Origin: an uncultured Bacteroidales bacterium
GTDB lineage: Bacteria; Bacteroidota; Bacteroidia; Bacteroidales; UBA12077
Length of the DNA: 49,337 nucleotides
NCBI GenBank assembly: GCA_964399175.1
Contig: CAYNPZ010000004.1
Coordinates: forward strand, 1-49,337
Direction of reading: 5' to 3'
In this document: positions 29,369 to 37,784 of the stretch, one piece after another
How positions within the stretch are numbered: position 1 is the first letter of the stretch
How the letters are laid out: each line of letters begins with the position of its first letter
Made by a program: the position numbers and the translations under genes
Notes under the pieces: model-generated
Database searches by the model: none
What the model saw: only the letters and a program-made list of their open reading frames with translations
Told to the model about the DNA's origin: nothing

Positions 29369-30766
29369 ATGGATAAGGAACTGACTTTACTCGAATTAAA
29401 CCAGCGAATTAAAGAGACGCTCAACCGGCAGTTCCCGGAAAATTATTGGGTGATTGCAGAGATAAGCGAGCTTAAAATAAACCGGAAAGGCCACTGTTAT
29501 CTCGACCTGGTAGAAAAAGATGAACTGGAGGATAGAATTGTAGCCAAGGCAAAAGGAATCATCTGGTCATACACCTTCCGGATGCTCAAACCCTATTTTG
29601 AAACAACCACCGGCCGGGAACTCAAACAGGGGTTGAAGATCATGGTCAATGTTTCTGTGGAATTTCATGAATTATACGGATACAGTCTTTATATTCATGA
29701 TATTGAACCCAGCTATACCCTGGGCGATATAGCTCGCCGCAGGCTTGAAGTAATAAAAAAACTGGAAGATGAAGGTATTATGGACATGAACCAGCAGCTC
29801 CCATTGCCTCACGTACTCCAGAAAATTGCTGTTGTATCCTCAAAAACCGCAGCAGGCTATAAAGATTTTATTGAGCAGCTCAACAACAACCCTTATGGAT
29901 ACGTCTTCTACCCCAAACTCTTTCCCGCCTACATGCAGGGAGATGAAGCCGAAAGCTCCATTATTGAAGCTTTGGAAATAATCTACCAGTATGAAGACAT
30001 TTTCGATGCTGTAGCTATAATCAGGGGCGGCGGAGCTACTGCCGATCTTAGCTGTTTCGATCAGTATCATCTGGCAGCCAATGTAGCGCAGTTTCCTTTG
30101 CCCGTAATTACGGGGATTGGTCATGAAAAAGATGAATCGGTGGTGGACATGGTAGCTCATACAAAAATGAAAACCCCAACAGCCGTTGCCGATTATTTTG
30201 TTTCAATAGCATACGATTATGAGGAAGCATTGTTGAGTTTGAGGGACGACGTGGTGGAAAGGACGAATCAATATATTAAATTTGAAAATCAAAGAATCCA
30301 GAATCTTTCCGGCCGCCTCTATCCAAATGTAAAAGGCATACTGGAAAAATCAAAAAACAATCTTGAAATAAGAAAAGAAAAATTACATCACATTCACCGG
30401 AGCTTTCTCGATAAAAAGCACCAAAACTTAACCGCTTATTCCAATCAGCTAGTGCATTCCTATGAACGATCATTTCAAAAAAACCTGCTGGAATTAAAAA
30501 ATTACGAACGAAATTGCGCAAATCTCGTAAGAAACTATATGAAAGCTCAGAAAAAGCATATAGAAAATCTTACAAAAGCAAAAGAATACCTTGATCCAAA
30601 GAATATTATGAAAAGAGGCTTTAGCATTACGCAGAAAAATCATCATACGGTAACAGCAAGCAATCATGTTGAAACAGGAGATACAATCAAAACCTATCTC
30701 TATGATGGAATGATTATCAGTCAGGTGTCACATAAAGATGAAAATGATGAGAACCAGACATCATAG
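29369..30766 (+). CDS. xseA: Exodeoxyribonuclease VII large subunit
   Basis: WVIAEISE...GHCYLDL OB fold, IIRGGG, TGIGHEKD, TPTAVA, MKRGFSI. Confidence 0.95.
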   Translation: MDKELTLLELNQRIKETLNRQFPENYWVIAEISELKINRKGHCYLDLVEKDELEDRIVAKAKGIIWSYTFRMLKPYFETTTGRELKQGLKIMVNVSVEFHELYGYSLYIHDIEPSYTLGDIARRRLEVIKKLEDEGIMDMNQQLPLPHVLQKIAVVSSKTAAGYKDFIEQLNNNPYGYVFYPKLFPAYMQGDEAESSIIEALEIIYQYEDIFDAVAIIRGGGATADLSCFDQYHLAANVAQFPLPVITGIGHEKDESVVDMVAHTKMKTPTAVADYFVSIAYDYEEALLSLRDDVVERTNQYIKFENQRIQNLSGRLYPNVKGILEKSKNNLEIRKEKLHHIHRSFLDKKHQNLTAYSNQLVHSYERSFQKNLLELKNYERNCANLVRNYMKAQKKHIENLTKAKEYLDPKNIMKRGFSITQKNHHTVTASNHVETGDTIKTYLYDGMIISQVSHKDENDENQTS

Positions 30767-30942
30767 CCAGCATTATTCAGAAACAAAGAAAATGAAGTTT
30801 CTGAGTGCGGGAGAGGGTGTGAGGGTGTCAGAATTACTTACGAATAATTCGGGATAGAAAGATCATGTAATATGAGTTACATATTTGTGTTTATAATTTA
30901 TTATTTTCATCGCAAATTATTTTCAAACCTTTAATCACAGGG

Positions 30943-32061
30943 ATGAATAAATATTATCAAATAATCGCTTTTCTGTTTTTCTTCATAATCCCCATTTACG
31001 GTATTTCTTCCGGTTCTCTTCCATCTGAACTCGATAGCCTTAAATCAGCGGTCCTTAAGAAAAGAGAAAAAGAAAAGGTAAACCTGTTAAACAGGATATC
31101 CGAGATGCAGGTCAAGTATGAAACCAAACAGAAGCAGAAGGAAATTGAACTATTAAAAAAAGGCAACCAGATCAACAAACTGGAAATCATAAGACAAAAA
31201 AACCTGAGGAACTATGTGATCATCTTTGCCATTTTGATTCTGGCCCTTGCCATCCTAAGCTACAGCAGGTTCAAACTGAAAAAAAAGAACGCTCAGACAC
31301 TCGAAGAAAAAAACAGGCTATTACGGGAAGCCAATGAAAGGCTGCGAGACTCTGAATATACACAAAGGGAATTGAATGCCACAAAAGACAAATTCTTTTC
31401 CATTATAGCCCATGATCTGAAAAATCCTTTCCAGGCACTTTTTGGAATTTCCGATGTCTTATACCGCAACCTCGACGATATGGACAGGGAAGAAATCAGG
31501 GAATACTGCAAATCTATCTATGAATCCTCCAATAATCTTTACAATCTACTGGAAAACCTGTTGCAATGGTCCAGAACACAGTTGGGTAACCTTAAACTGA
31601 ACCCTCAGTCACTACCCATTAAGGAAACTACAGATGAAATTATTGATCTGCTGAGGATCAACATAGAAGAAAAGGATATTCAGGTAAGAAATCAAATTGA
31701 TGGCACCATTACGGCTTATGTGGATAAGAATGTTTTTGGAACCATCTTGAGGAATCTGTTGAGCAATGCCATTAAATTTACCGAAGATAAGGGTGTGGTT
31801 ACCATTCAGGCAGAAACAGAACCCGACCACACCCTTCTATCAGTTAGCGACACGGGCAAAGGGATTCCAAAGAAATATCTGGATAATTTATTCAGGGTAA
31901 GATCAAATCTCTATACCCAGGGAACCTCCGATGAAGAGGGAACAGGTTTGGGTTTGATACTTTGCAAGGAACTGGTTGAAAAAAGCAGAGGAAAAATATG
32001 GGCCGAGAGTGAAGTGGGAAAAGGAAGTACATTTAAATTCACATTACCAAGAGAAAAATAA
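30943..32061 (+). CDS. Sensor histidine kinase with a very short extracytoplasmic region
   Basis: Signal/TM, about 65-aa periplasmic part, TM, H-box FFSIIAHDLKNPF, NLLSNAIKFT, DTGKG, GTGLGL. Confidence 0.9.
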   Translation: MNKYYQIIAFLFFFIIPIYGISSGSLPSELDSLKSAVLKKREKEKVNLLNRISEMQVKYETKQKQKEIELLKKGNQINKLEIIRQKNLRNYVIIFAILILALAILSYSRFKLKKKNAQTLEEKNRLLREANERLRDSEYTQRELNATKDKFFSIIAHDLKNPFQALFGISDVLYRNLDDMDREEIREYCKSIYESSNNLYNLLENLLQWSRTQLGNLKLNPQSLPIKETTDEIIDLLRINIEEKDIQVRNQIDGTITAYVDKNVFGTILRNLLSNAIKFTEDKGVVTIQAETEPDHTLLSVSDTGKGIPKKYLDNLFRVRSNLYTQGTSDEEGTGLGLILCKELVEKSRGKIWAESEVGKGSTFKFTLPREK

Positions 32062-32075
32062 AAAAGAGGTATCAT

Positions 32076-32288
32076 ATGGTCAGGGAAAAACAACAAATTA
32101 AGTATGGCGAAGCCATTGAAGAAATAGAAAAAATCCTCAAACAGATCGAAAACGAGGAACTGGATGTAGATGATCTGACTTCCAAAGTAAAAAGAGTATC
32201 AGAACTGCTTTCAATTTGTAAAAAAAAGCTTCGGACCACGGAAGAAGAGGTTGAGAAGATCATTAAAGATATTGAAACAGAAGAATAG
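32076..32288 (+). CDS. xseB: Exodeoxyribonuclease VII small subunit
   Basis: YGEAIEEIEKILKQIENEELDVDDL...CKKKL, 70 aa. Confidence 0.92.
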   Translation: MVREKQQIKYGEAIEEIEKILKQIENEELDVDDLTSKVKRVSELLSICKKKLRTTEEEVEKIIKDIETEE

Positions 32289-32311
32289 TTTAATCTATAA
32301 AAAAAATTTAA

Positions 32312-32355
32312 AAAAGGGAGATGTAACCCCTCATTCCATTTAGCATCTCCCTTTT
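32312..32355. terminator. Hairpin between convergent xseB and the trypsin-like gene
   Basis: AAAAGGGAGATG ... CATCTCCCTTTT, 12-bp stem with a 20-nt loop. Confidence 0.6.
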
Positions 32356-32385
32356 CAGAAAACTAAACTATTAAAACGGAAAGAA

Positions 32386-33219
32386 TTATAGCCCTGTCAA
32401 AATATTATTGGAATGCCGGTCTTCTTCAATGATCAGATTTTCTTTAATAAAGTTGGCTATCTCCATTGAAGGCACAGCATAACTTACACCCATATCCGCA
32501 ATACGGTAAATCTCTTTTGTGATATATTTGATCTGATTCTGATTGGCTATTAAAACCTGCACAGGATCAATATCCTCCAGGCTATACTTACCCTGATATT
32601 TTTTAAGCAGATTGATATTGCTGTTCATGATGTTTTTTAAATTCCTGTATGCCTGTGATAGTTCAGTTAACTTGTGACCGATTACCCCGATGATATTTCC
32701 CGTTTCCAAATTAATCAGAGGACTCCCGGCATTCCCCGCTTTAATGGAGGTATCAATCTGTATGTATTTATTTCCTTCCTCATTGAAATGAAATGAAGAG
32801 ATGATGCCTTGCTTTATGGATAGGTTTTCCTGTGATATCTGATAGCCTAAAGTTGCAATAGGCTGGCCCACTTCCATCTCCTCATCTTCACCAAGAGAAA
32901 GGGAGGGAATATTTTTAAATTCTTCAAAATCGATATTGATCACAACAAAATTCAGGAATTTGTTATTGTATCCAAGAATGGTTCTTTTGTCCAGTTCACT
33001 TTTGTTCAAAACCTTACTCGCTAAAGGAGTATATCCGTCCTTATCAACAAATTTAATTTCTACTTTATCGAAATGAGAAATCTTCCGGATGCCTTCATCT
33101 GTGATCAGAAAGTTTCTAATTTTAAAACCGGTTAAGGTCAGTATTTTTATATCCAGATCTGTATAAAAATTTAACTGAGCAACAGAATGAACGCATCTTT
33201 TCCATATCTTTCTGTACAT
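32386..33219 (-). CDS. Trypsin-like (S1/HtrA-type) domain protein, catalytic residues apparently absent
   Basis: TGFKI, VGQPIATLGY, GIISS, YIQIDTSIKAGNAGSPLIN...IIGV; no signal peptide or PDZ domain. Confidence 0.8.
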   Translation of the reverse strand: MYRKIWKRCVHSVAQLNFYTDLDIKILTLTGFKIRNFLITDEGIRKISHFDKVEIKFVDKDGYTPLASKVLNKSELDKRTILGYNNKFLNFVVINIDFEEFKNIPSLSLGEDEEMEVGQPIATLGYQISQENLSIKQGIISSFHFNEEGNKYIQIDTSIKAGNAGSPLINLETGNIIGVIGHKLTELSQAYRNLKNIMNSNINLLKKYQGKYSLEDIDPVQVLIANQNQIKYITKEIYRIADMGVSYAVPSMEIANFIKENLIIEEDRHSNNILTGL

Positions 33220-33419
33220 GACGGAGATGATTTAATTCAACTGGCTTTGCGGATAATAGAAAATTTTTTAGTTTAACTGGGTCATACCAGACACATATTA
33301 TAAACAAATTTCTGCAAAATTATTACTTTCCATTTTCTCCTCAAAATTTAATTTATTACCGCATGGATATAAACCATAACCGTAGGGTAATTTACGATAA
33401 ACGTCAAAAAGGCATACAT

Positions 33420-33536
33420 TGTTCGAATACGAACATACCTGTTTCATATCCGTTCACTCTTTTCTTTTTTTCATCCGACCCGAAAAACACTATACACTAA
33501 AAATAAATAACCTGGCTACATTGGCATAATTTATGA
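33420..33536 (+). promoter_or_regulatory. Enhancer-like palindrome plus sigma54-like element upstream of tolC
   Basis: Perfect TGTTCG-AATA-CGAACA (TGT-N10-ACA) at 33420-33435; TTGGCATAATTTATGA at 33521-33536. Confidence 0.6.
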
Positions 33537-33566
33537 GAGGCTTATTGTAACTTAAAATTTGGATGT

Positions 33567-34898
33567 ATGAAGTTTACAATTTACGCCATTTGCATTGGTT
33601 TATTTCTATTCTCATTCAGCCTGAAAGAAGCTAAAACTCAAGAAGAATGGACCCTGGAAGAATGCATCAATTATGCGCTGGAAAACAATATCAATATTAA
33701 AAGACAGAAGGTTGCAGCTGAACAGGCCAGAAACGACCGCAATCAATCCAAATGGGAAATAGCTCCTTCTATTTCAGCCCATGGATCTCACAGCTTCAAC
33801 TTCGGTAAAACAATCAACCCCGATACATACGAATATGTAAACCAACAATTTGAATCTCAATCCATGCAAGCCAGTACAAACCTGACGCTTTTCAACGGAC
33901 TGGAAACTCAAAACACCCGGAAAATGCGGCAGTATGATCTGATGGCTCAGCTGGAAAACATTGAAACCGCCCGTTACAATGTAACCCTTAACATTGTGAC
34001 CTATTATCTGAACGTGCTCTCCCAGGCTGAACAGCAAAAGATCATGCAGGAACAGCTCGATGTTACCATGGATCAGATTAAAAAGACCCAGGAACAGGTA
34101 AAAGTCGGGAATAAAGCAAAAGGTGATCTTCTGGAAATCAAAGCTCAGGCTGCCCGGCAACGTGTTGAACTTACCCGTGCCAAAAACGCACTCAGGATGG
34201 CCTACGTGGATCTTGCGCAACTTATGAACCTTGACTCCATCCGGGATTTTAGGGTCGAGATACCAGAAGACCTAAAGATCAAAAACGAAAGACTTATTCA
34301 ACCTGCCGACACCATATACAATACATCGGTGCAGAATTTTCCCACCATCCAGAATGCACAATACCAACTTAAAAGCTCTGAAAAATACCTGGATATAATG
34401 AAAGGAAGGCTTCTGCCTACATTATCCTTCCGCTCTTCATATTACACATACTATAACGAATTGTCAGATCCCTCTTATGCTGAACAGCTCAGGGAAATCA
34501 ACCCAAACCTGAACCTACAGCTGGTTCTCAGCGTCCCCATCTTTGACAAGATGAGGCGGTACAATCAGATTTCCAATGCCAAACTCCTTGTTAAAGACTC
34601 CCAATATCATCTTAGGGAACAAAAACTGGAGCTCTTTAAAACCATACAAAAAGCTGTGAACGAAGCTGAAGCTGCATATGAAAATTATCAGTCCAGCCGT
34701 GAGAGCGTAGAATCAAATGAAGAAGCCTTTAAATACACCAGAGAAAAATATGATGTTGGCCTTGTTGATGCAGTGGAATACAAAATCGCCACTAACGAGC
34801 TTTCCAGGGCCCGATCAAATGCAGCGAACGCAAAATACAATTATATTTTCAGGCTAAAGATCCTGGAATTCTACATGGGCAAGGAAATGGAGCTTTAA
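33567..34898 (+). CDS. TolC family outer-membrane efflux protein
   Basis: Signal peptide, WTLEECINYALENN, LTLFNG, LLPTLS, LSVPIFD, KYDVGL. Confidence 0.92.
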   Translation: MKFTIYAICIGLFLFSFSLKEAKTQEEWTLEECINYALENNINIKRQKVAAEQARNDRNQSKWEIAPSISAHGSHSFNFGKTINPDTYEYVNQQFESQSMQASTNLTLFNGLETQNTRKMRQYDLMAQLENIETARYNVTLNIVTYYLNVLSQAEQQKIMQEQLDVTMDQIKKTQEQVKVGNKAKGDLLEIKAQAARQRVELTRAKNALRMAYVDLAQLMNLDSIRDFRVEIPEDLKIKNERLIQPADTIYNTSVQNFPTIQNAQYQLKSSEKYLDIMKGRLLPTLSFRSSYYTYYNELSDPSYAEQLREINPNLNLQLVLSVPIFDKMRRYNQISNAKLLVKDSQYHLREQKLELFKTIQKAVNEAEAAYENYQSSRESVESNEEAFKYTREKYDVGLVDAVEYKIATNELSRARSNAANAKYNYIFRLKILEFYMGKEMEL

Positions 34899-34948
34899 AA
34901 GCATATAATTCAGTTTTCTCATAGAGTTTTGCTTAGTTTGCTCTACGT

Positions 34949-34985
34949 AAATTGGATGTCTCAAATCGATGAGGCATCCAATTTT
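34949..34985 (+). terminator. Terminator after tolC
   Basis: AAATTGGATGTCTCA-AATCGA-TGAGGCATCCAATTT followed by T. Confidence 0.7.
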
Positions 34986-35064
34986 AATATATATTTAACC
35001 CAACCATCGGTTAATTTGCCCGTATTAAAATAAAATTTGAGTCGGGTCTAAAAAGGTTTTTTCT

Positions 35065-35140
35065 GCCACCAACCCCGCCTGCTTCGGGGCAGGAACACTA
35101 ACCTGCCCTGCCGGCAGGCGGGAACACGAAATTTCACTAA
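35065..35140. repeat. nnCACnAA octamer array interrupted by two 21-bp GC-rich REP-like palindromes
   Basis: GCCACCAA-[CCCCGCCTGCTTCGGGGCAGG]-AACACTAA-[CCTGCCCTGCCGGCAGGCGGG]-AACACGAA-ATTTCACTAA. Confidence 0.7.
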
Positions 35141-35193
35141 AAATAAAATAATGAAAACCCATTAAATTGAAACAATCAAATATGAATAGCACT

Positions 35194-35760
35194 ATGAAAA
35201 AACTAATTCTACTCATTTTTGCTGCCTTCACCATAACCGGAACCTACGGGCAGGTTTTCAACACCGGTCAAACACTCAGGAAAGGAAGCCTTTCCCTGGG
35301 TATTGAACCTGTCCTACATATCGATGGCGGAGCCGACGGAGTAATACTTTTCGGTCATGCCGGTTATGGTTTAAAATCCGGTTTAGATGGCGGGCTTCAA
35401 CTGGGCTTTGGTGAGAAAAACTATTTTGGTGCCAACCTTGAATTTGCCCTCAGCAATAATATATCGCTGGCAGTTGGGGCTCATGACTTTGGTTATTTTG
35501 GGCTGGACGGTACCCTAAACTTTGCCATCCCGCTCAGAAGCGACATCCATTTATACAGTGGGCTGGATACTGAAATTAACTTCATCGAGGGCACCAATAA
35601 TGAGGGGGAAAGGCAAACAACCCTTGAAATGCCTTTTTGGGTTCCGATAGGTCTGGAAGTGGGTTTATCGCGAAACATGAGCCTTATTTTTGAAAGTGAG
35701 ATCGCACTGAATGATCTTGCCTATCACGTGATCGGCGGTGGCCTGAGTTTTTACCTGTAA
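35194..35760 (+). CDS. Small outer-membrane beta-barrel protein (hypothetical)
   Basis: MKKLILLIFAAFTITGTYG signal peptide (start at ATG 35194), alternating beta-strand pattern, C-terminal GGGLSFYL. Confidence 0.75.
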   Translation: MKKLILLIFAAFTITGTYGQVFNTGQTLRKGSLSLGIEPVLHIDGGADGVILFGHAGYGLKSGLDGGLQLGFGEKNYFGANLEFALSNNISLAVGAHDFGYFGLDGTLNFAIPLRSDIHLYSGLDTEINFIEGTNNEGERQTTLEMPFWVPIGLEVGLSRNMSLIFESEIALNDLAYHVIGGGLSFYL

Positions 35761-35812
35761 GGAAGTATCTTTAGAAAAGCAAATTCATACAGTTTGGTTG
35801 TAATGATATAAC

Positions 35813-35858
35813 AAGCATACCACGAGATTATCAAAGATCCGTGGTATGCTTCTTTTTT
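35813..35858 (+). terminator. Terminator between convergent genes
   Basis: AAGCATACCACG ... CGTGGTATGCTT followed by CTTTTTT. Confidence 0.7.
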
Positions 35859-35918
35859 AAATCGTATCATTAACGGGAAAGTTAGAGTAACTCGCCCAAA
35901 CAATAGTCTTACACAAAA

Positions 35919-37580
35919 CTAGAACAAGCCTGTGATGTTTCCTTCATTATCCACATCAATATCCTCAGCTGCAGGCTTGGATGGCAAACCCGGCATACGG
36001 AGAATCTTACCCGTAATGGGCACAACAAATCCGGCACCGGCTGAAAGCTCAATTTCTCTTACAGTTACAACAAAATCTTTCGGCTTCCCTAGCAATTTCG
36101 GATTATCAGAGAGTGATTTCTGTGTTTTGGCTATACACACGGGGACTTTCTCCATACCCAGATCCCTGATCTTCTTCAGATCTGTTTTGGCTGTTGCGGT
36201 ATAATCAATTGCAGCAGCCCCGTATACATTTTTGGCCACAGTTTCGATCTTCTTGGGAATGTCCCACTCCCATTCGTACATGGGTTTATATTTGTTTTTG
36301 CAATTGTCTGCAACAAACTTAACCTTTTTGGCCAGATCAACAGCGCCCTGGCCTCCTTCTCCCCAAACATTGGTTATAACCGCGTCGATACCTCTTTCTT
36401 CCGCATACTCCTTAATATATTGAAGTTCTTCCTCCGTATCGGATGTAAATCTGTTGATGGCCACAACGGCACAAATATTAAACGTCTGAATGTTCTCAAT
36501 ATGTTTTTCCATGTTTTCAATGCCCGATTTCAATGCCTCCATGTTGGGTTCATTTAACTTGTCAGGCGGAGTACCTCCATGGTATTTCAATGCTCTTGCC
36601 GTAGCCACAAGAACCGCAGCCTTGGGAGATAAGCCGGAATATCCGCATTTGATGTCAAAGAACTTTTCTGCGCCAAGATCAAATCCAAACCCGGCTTCGG
36701 TAACCACATAATCCGACAGAGACATACCTGTTTTGGTAGCGATCACGGAATTGGTACCCTGGGCAATATTGGCAAAGGGACCGCCGTGAATGATGGCCGG
36801 CGTCCCCTCTATGGTCTGCGCAAGGTTGGGCTTAATGGCATCCCGTAAGAGAGCGGCCATGGAACCGTTAGCATTCAGATCTCTGGCAAATATCGGCTTA
36901 CGATCGTATGTATATCCTATAAATATATTCCCCAACTTCCGCTTCAGATCATTAAAATCTTCGGCCAAACACAGGATGGCCATCAACTCTGATGCAGCAG
37001 TAATGTCGAAACCGGTCTCACGGGGTACACCATATGCTCTGCCTCCCAAACCAACAATCGATTTTCTTAATGCCCGGTCGTTCATATCCATCACCCGTTT
37101 CCAGAGCACGGTTCTCGGGTCAAGATTGGAATTCCTGTGCTGCAGGCTGTTGTCAACAAGAGCCGCCAGCAGATTATGGGCTTTTTCTATGGCTGAAAAG
37201 TCTCCGGTGAAATGAAGATTGATATCCTCCATCGGCAAAACCTGGGAATAGCCTCCACCGGTGGCGCCGCCTTTCATCCCGAACACCGGACCCAGGGAAG
37301 GTTCTCTTAAGACAACCGATGTATTCGCACCGATCTTATTCAAACCCTGCGACAAACCAATCGACATGGTAGTTTTTCCTTCACCTGCAGGAGTAGGAGA
37401 AATGGCAGAAACAAGAATCAAATTGCTTTTATCAACTTTTTCCTTGTTAATGTAAGACAATGGAATTTTGGCTTTATACTTTCCATACATTTCAAGATCA
37501 TCCTCACGAATACCCAGTTTCGATCCGATTTCCTGAATGGGTTTCATTTTAACTTTACTGGCAATTTCGATGTCTTTCAT
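35919..37580 (-). CDS. fhs: Formate--tetrahydrofolate ligase
   Basis: TPAGEGKTT, REPSLGP, GGATGGGYSQ, INLHFTGD, HGGPFANIA, TEAGFG, AKTQ, MPGL. Confidence 0.97.
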   Translation of the reverse strand: MKDIEIASKVKMKPIQEIGSKLGIREDDLEMYGKYKAKIPLSYINKEKVDKSNLILVSAISPTPAGEGKTTMSIGLSQGLNKIGANTSVVLREPSLGPVFGMKGGATGGGYSQVLPMEDINLHFTGDFSAIEKAHNLLAALVDNSLQHRNSNLDPRTVLWKRVMDMNDRALRKSIVGLGGRAYGVPRETGFDITAASELMAILCLAEDFNDLKRKLGNIFIGYTYDRKPIFARDLNANGSMAALLRDAIKPNLAQTIEGTPAIIHGGPFANIAQGTNSVIATKTGMSLSDYVVTEAGFGFDLGAEKFFDIKCGYSGLSPKAAVLVATARALKYHGGTPPDKLNEPNMEALKSGIENMEKHIENIQTFNICAVVAINRFTSDTEEELQYIKEYAEERGIDAVITNVWGEGGQGAVDLAKKVKFVADNCKNKYKPMYEWEWDIPKKIETVAKNVYGAAAIDYTATAKTDLKKIRDLGMEKVPVCIAKTQKSLSDNPKLLGKPKDFVVTVREIELSAGAGFVVPITGKILRMPGLPSKPAAEDIDVDNEGNITGLF

Positions 37581-37784
37581 ATCTTATTGTTATTTTGGTT
37601 GTATAATTGTTTTATTGAAGACAATGTCATTCAAGGCGATAACATACCCGTTTGAGTCAGCATTACTTATCTTTGAAAATGCATGATTACATTTCTCCAC
37701 AGATGGAGCTCCAAAAATCATCATCATTTACTGCACAATGGTTACTGCATTAAGGAAAACAATTAAAGCAGTAAAATTGTTTGC

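Noticed and set aside
33421-33430. tRNA T-loop (GTTCGAAT)
   Set aside because: No cloverleaf around it; explained by the TGTTCG-N4-CGAACA palindrome
35065-35140. CRISPR array
   Set aside because: Repeats are only 8 bp, the inserts are related palindromes rather than unique spacers, and there are no cas genes
37581-37784. ZTP or THF riboswitch upstream of fhs
   Set aside because: Conserved cores such as GACTGGCG...CGCCTGGG were not found by eye
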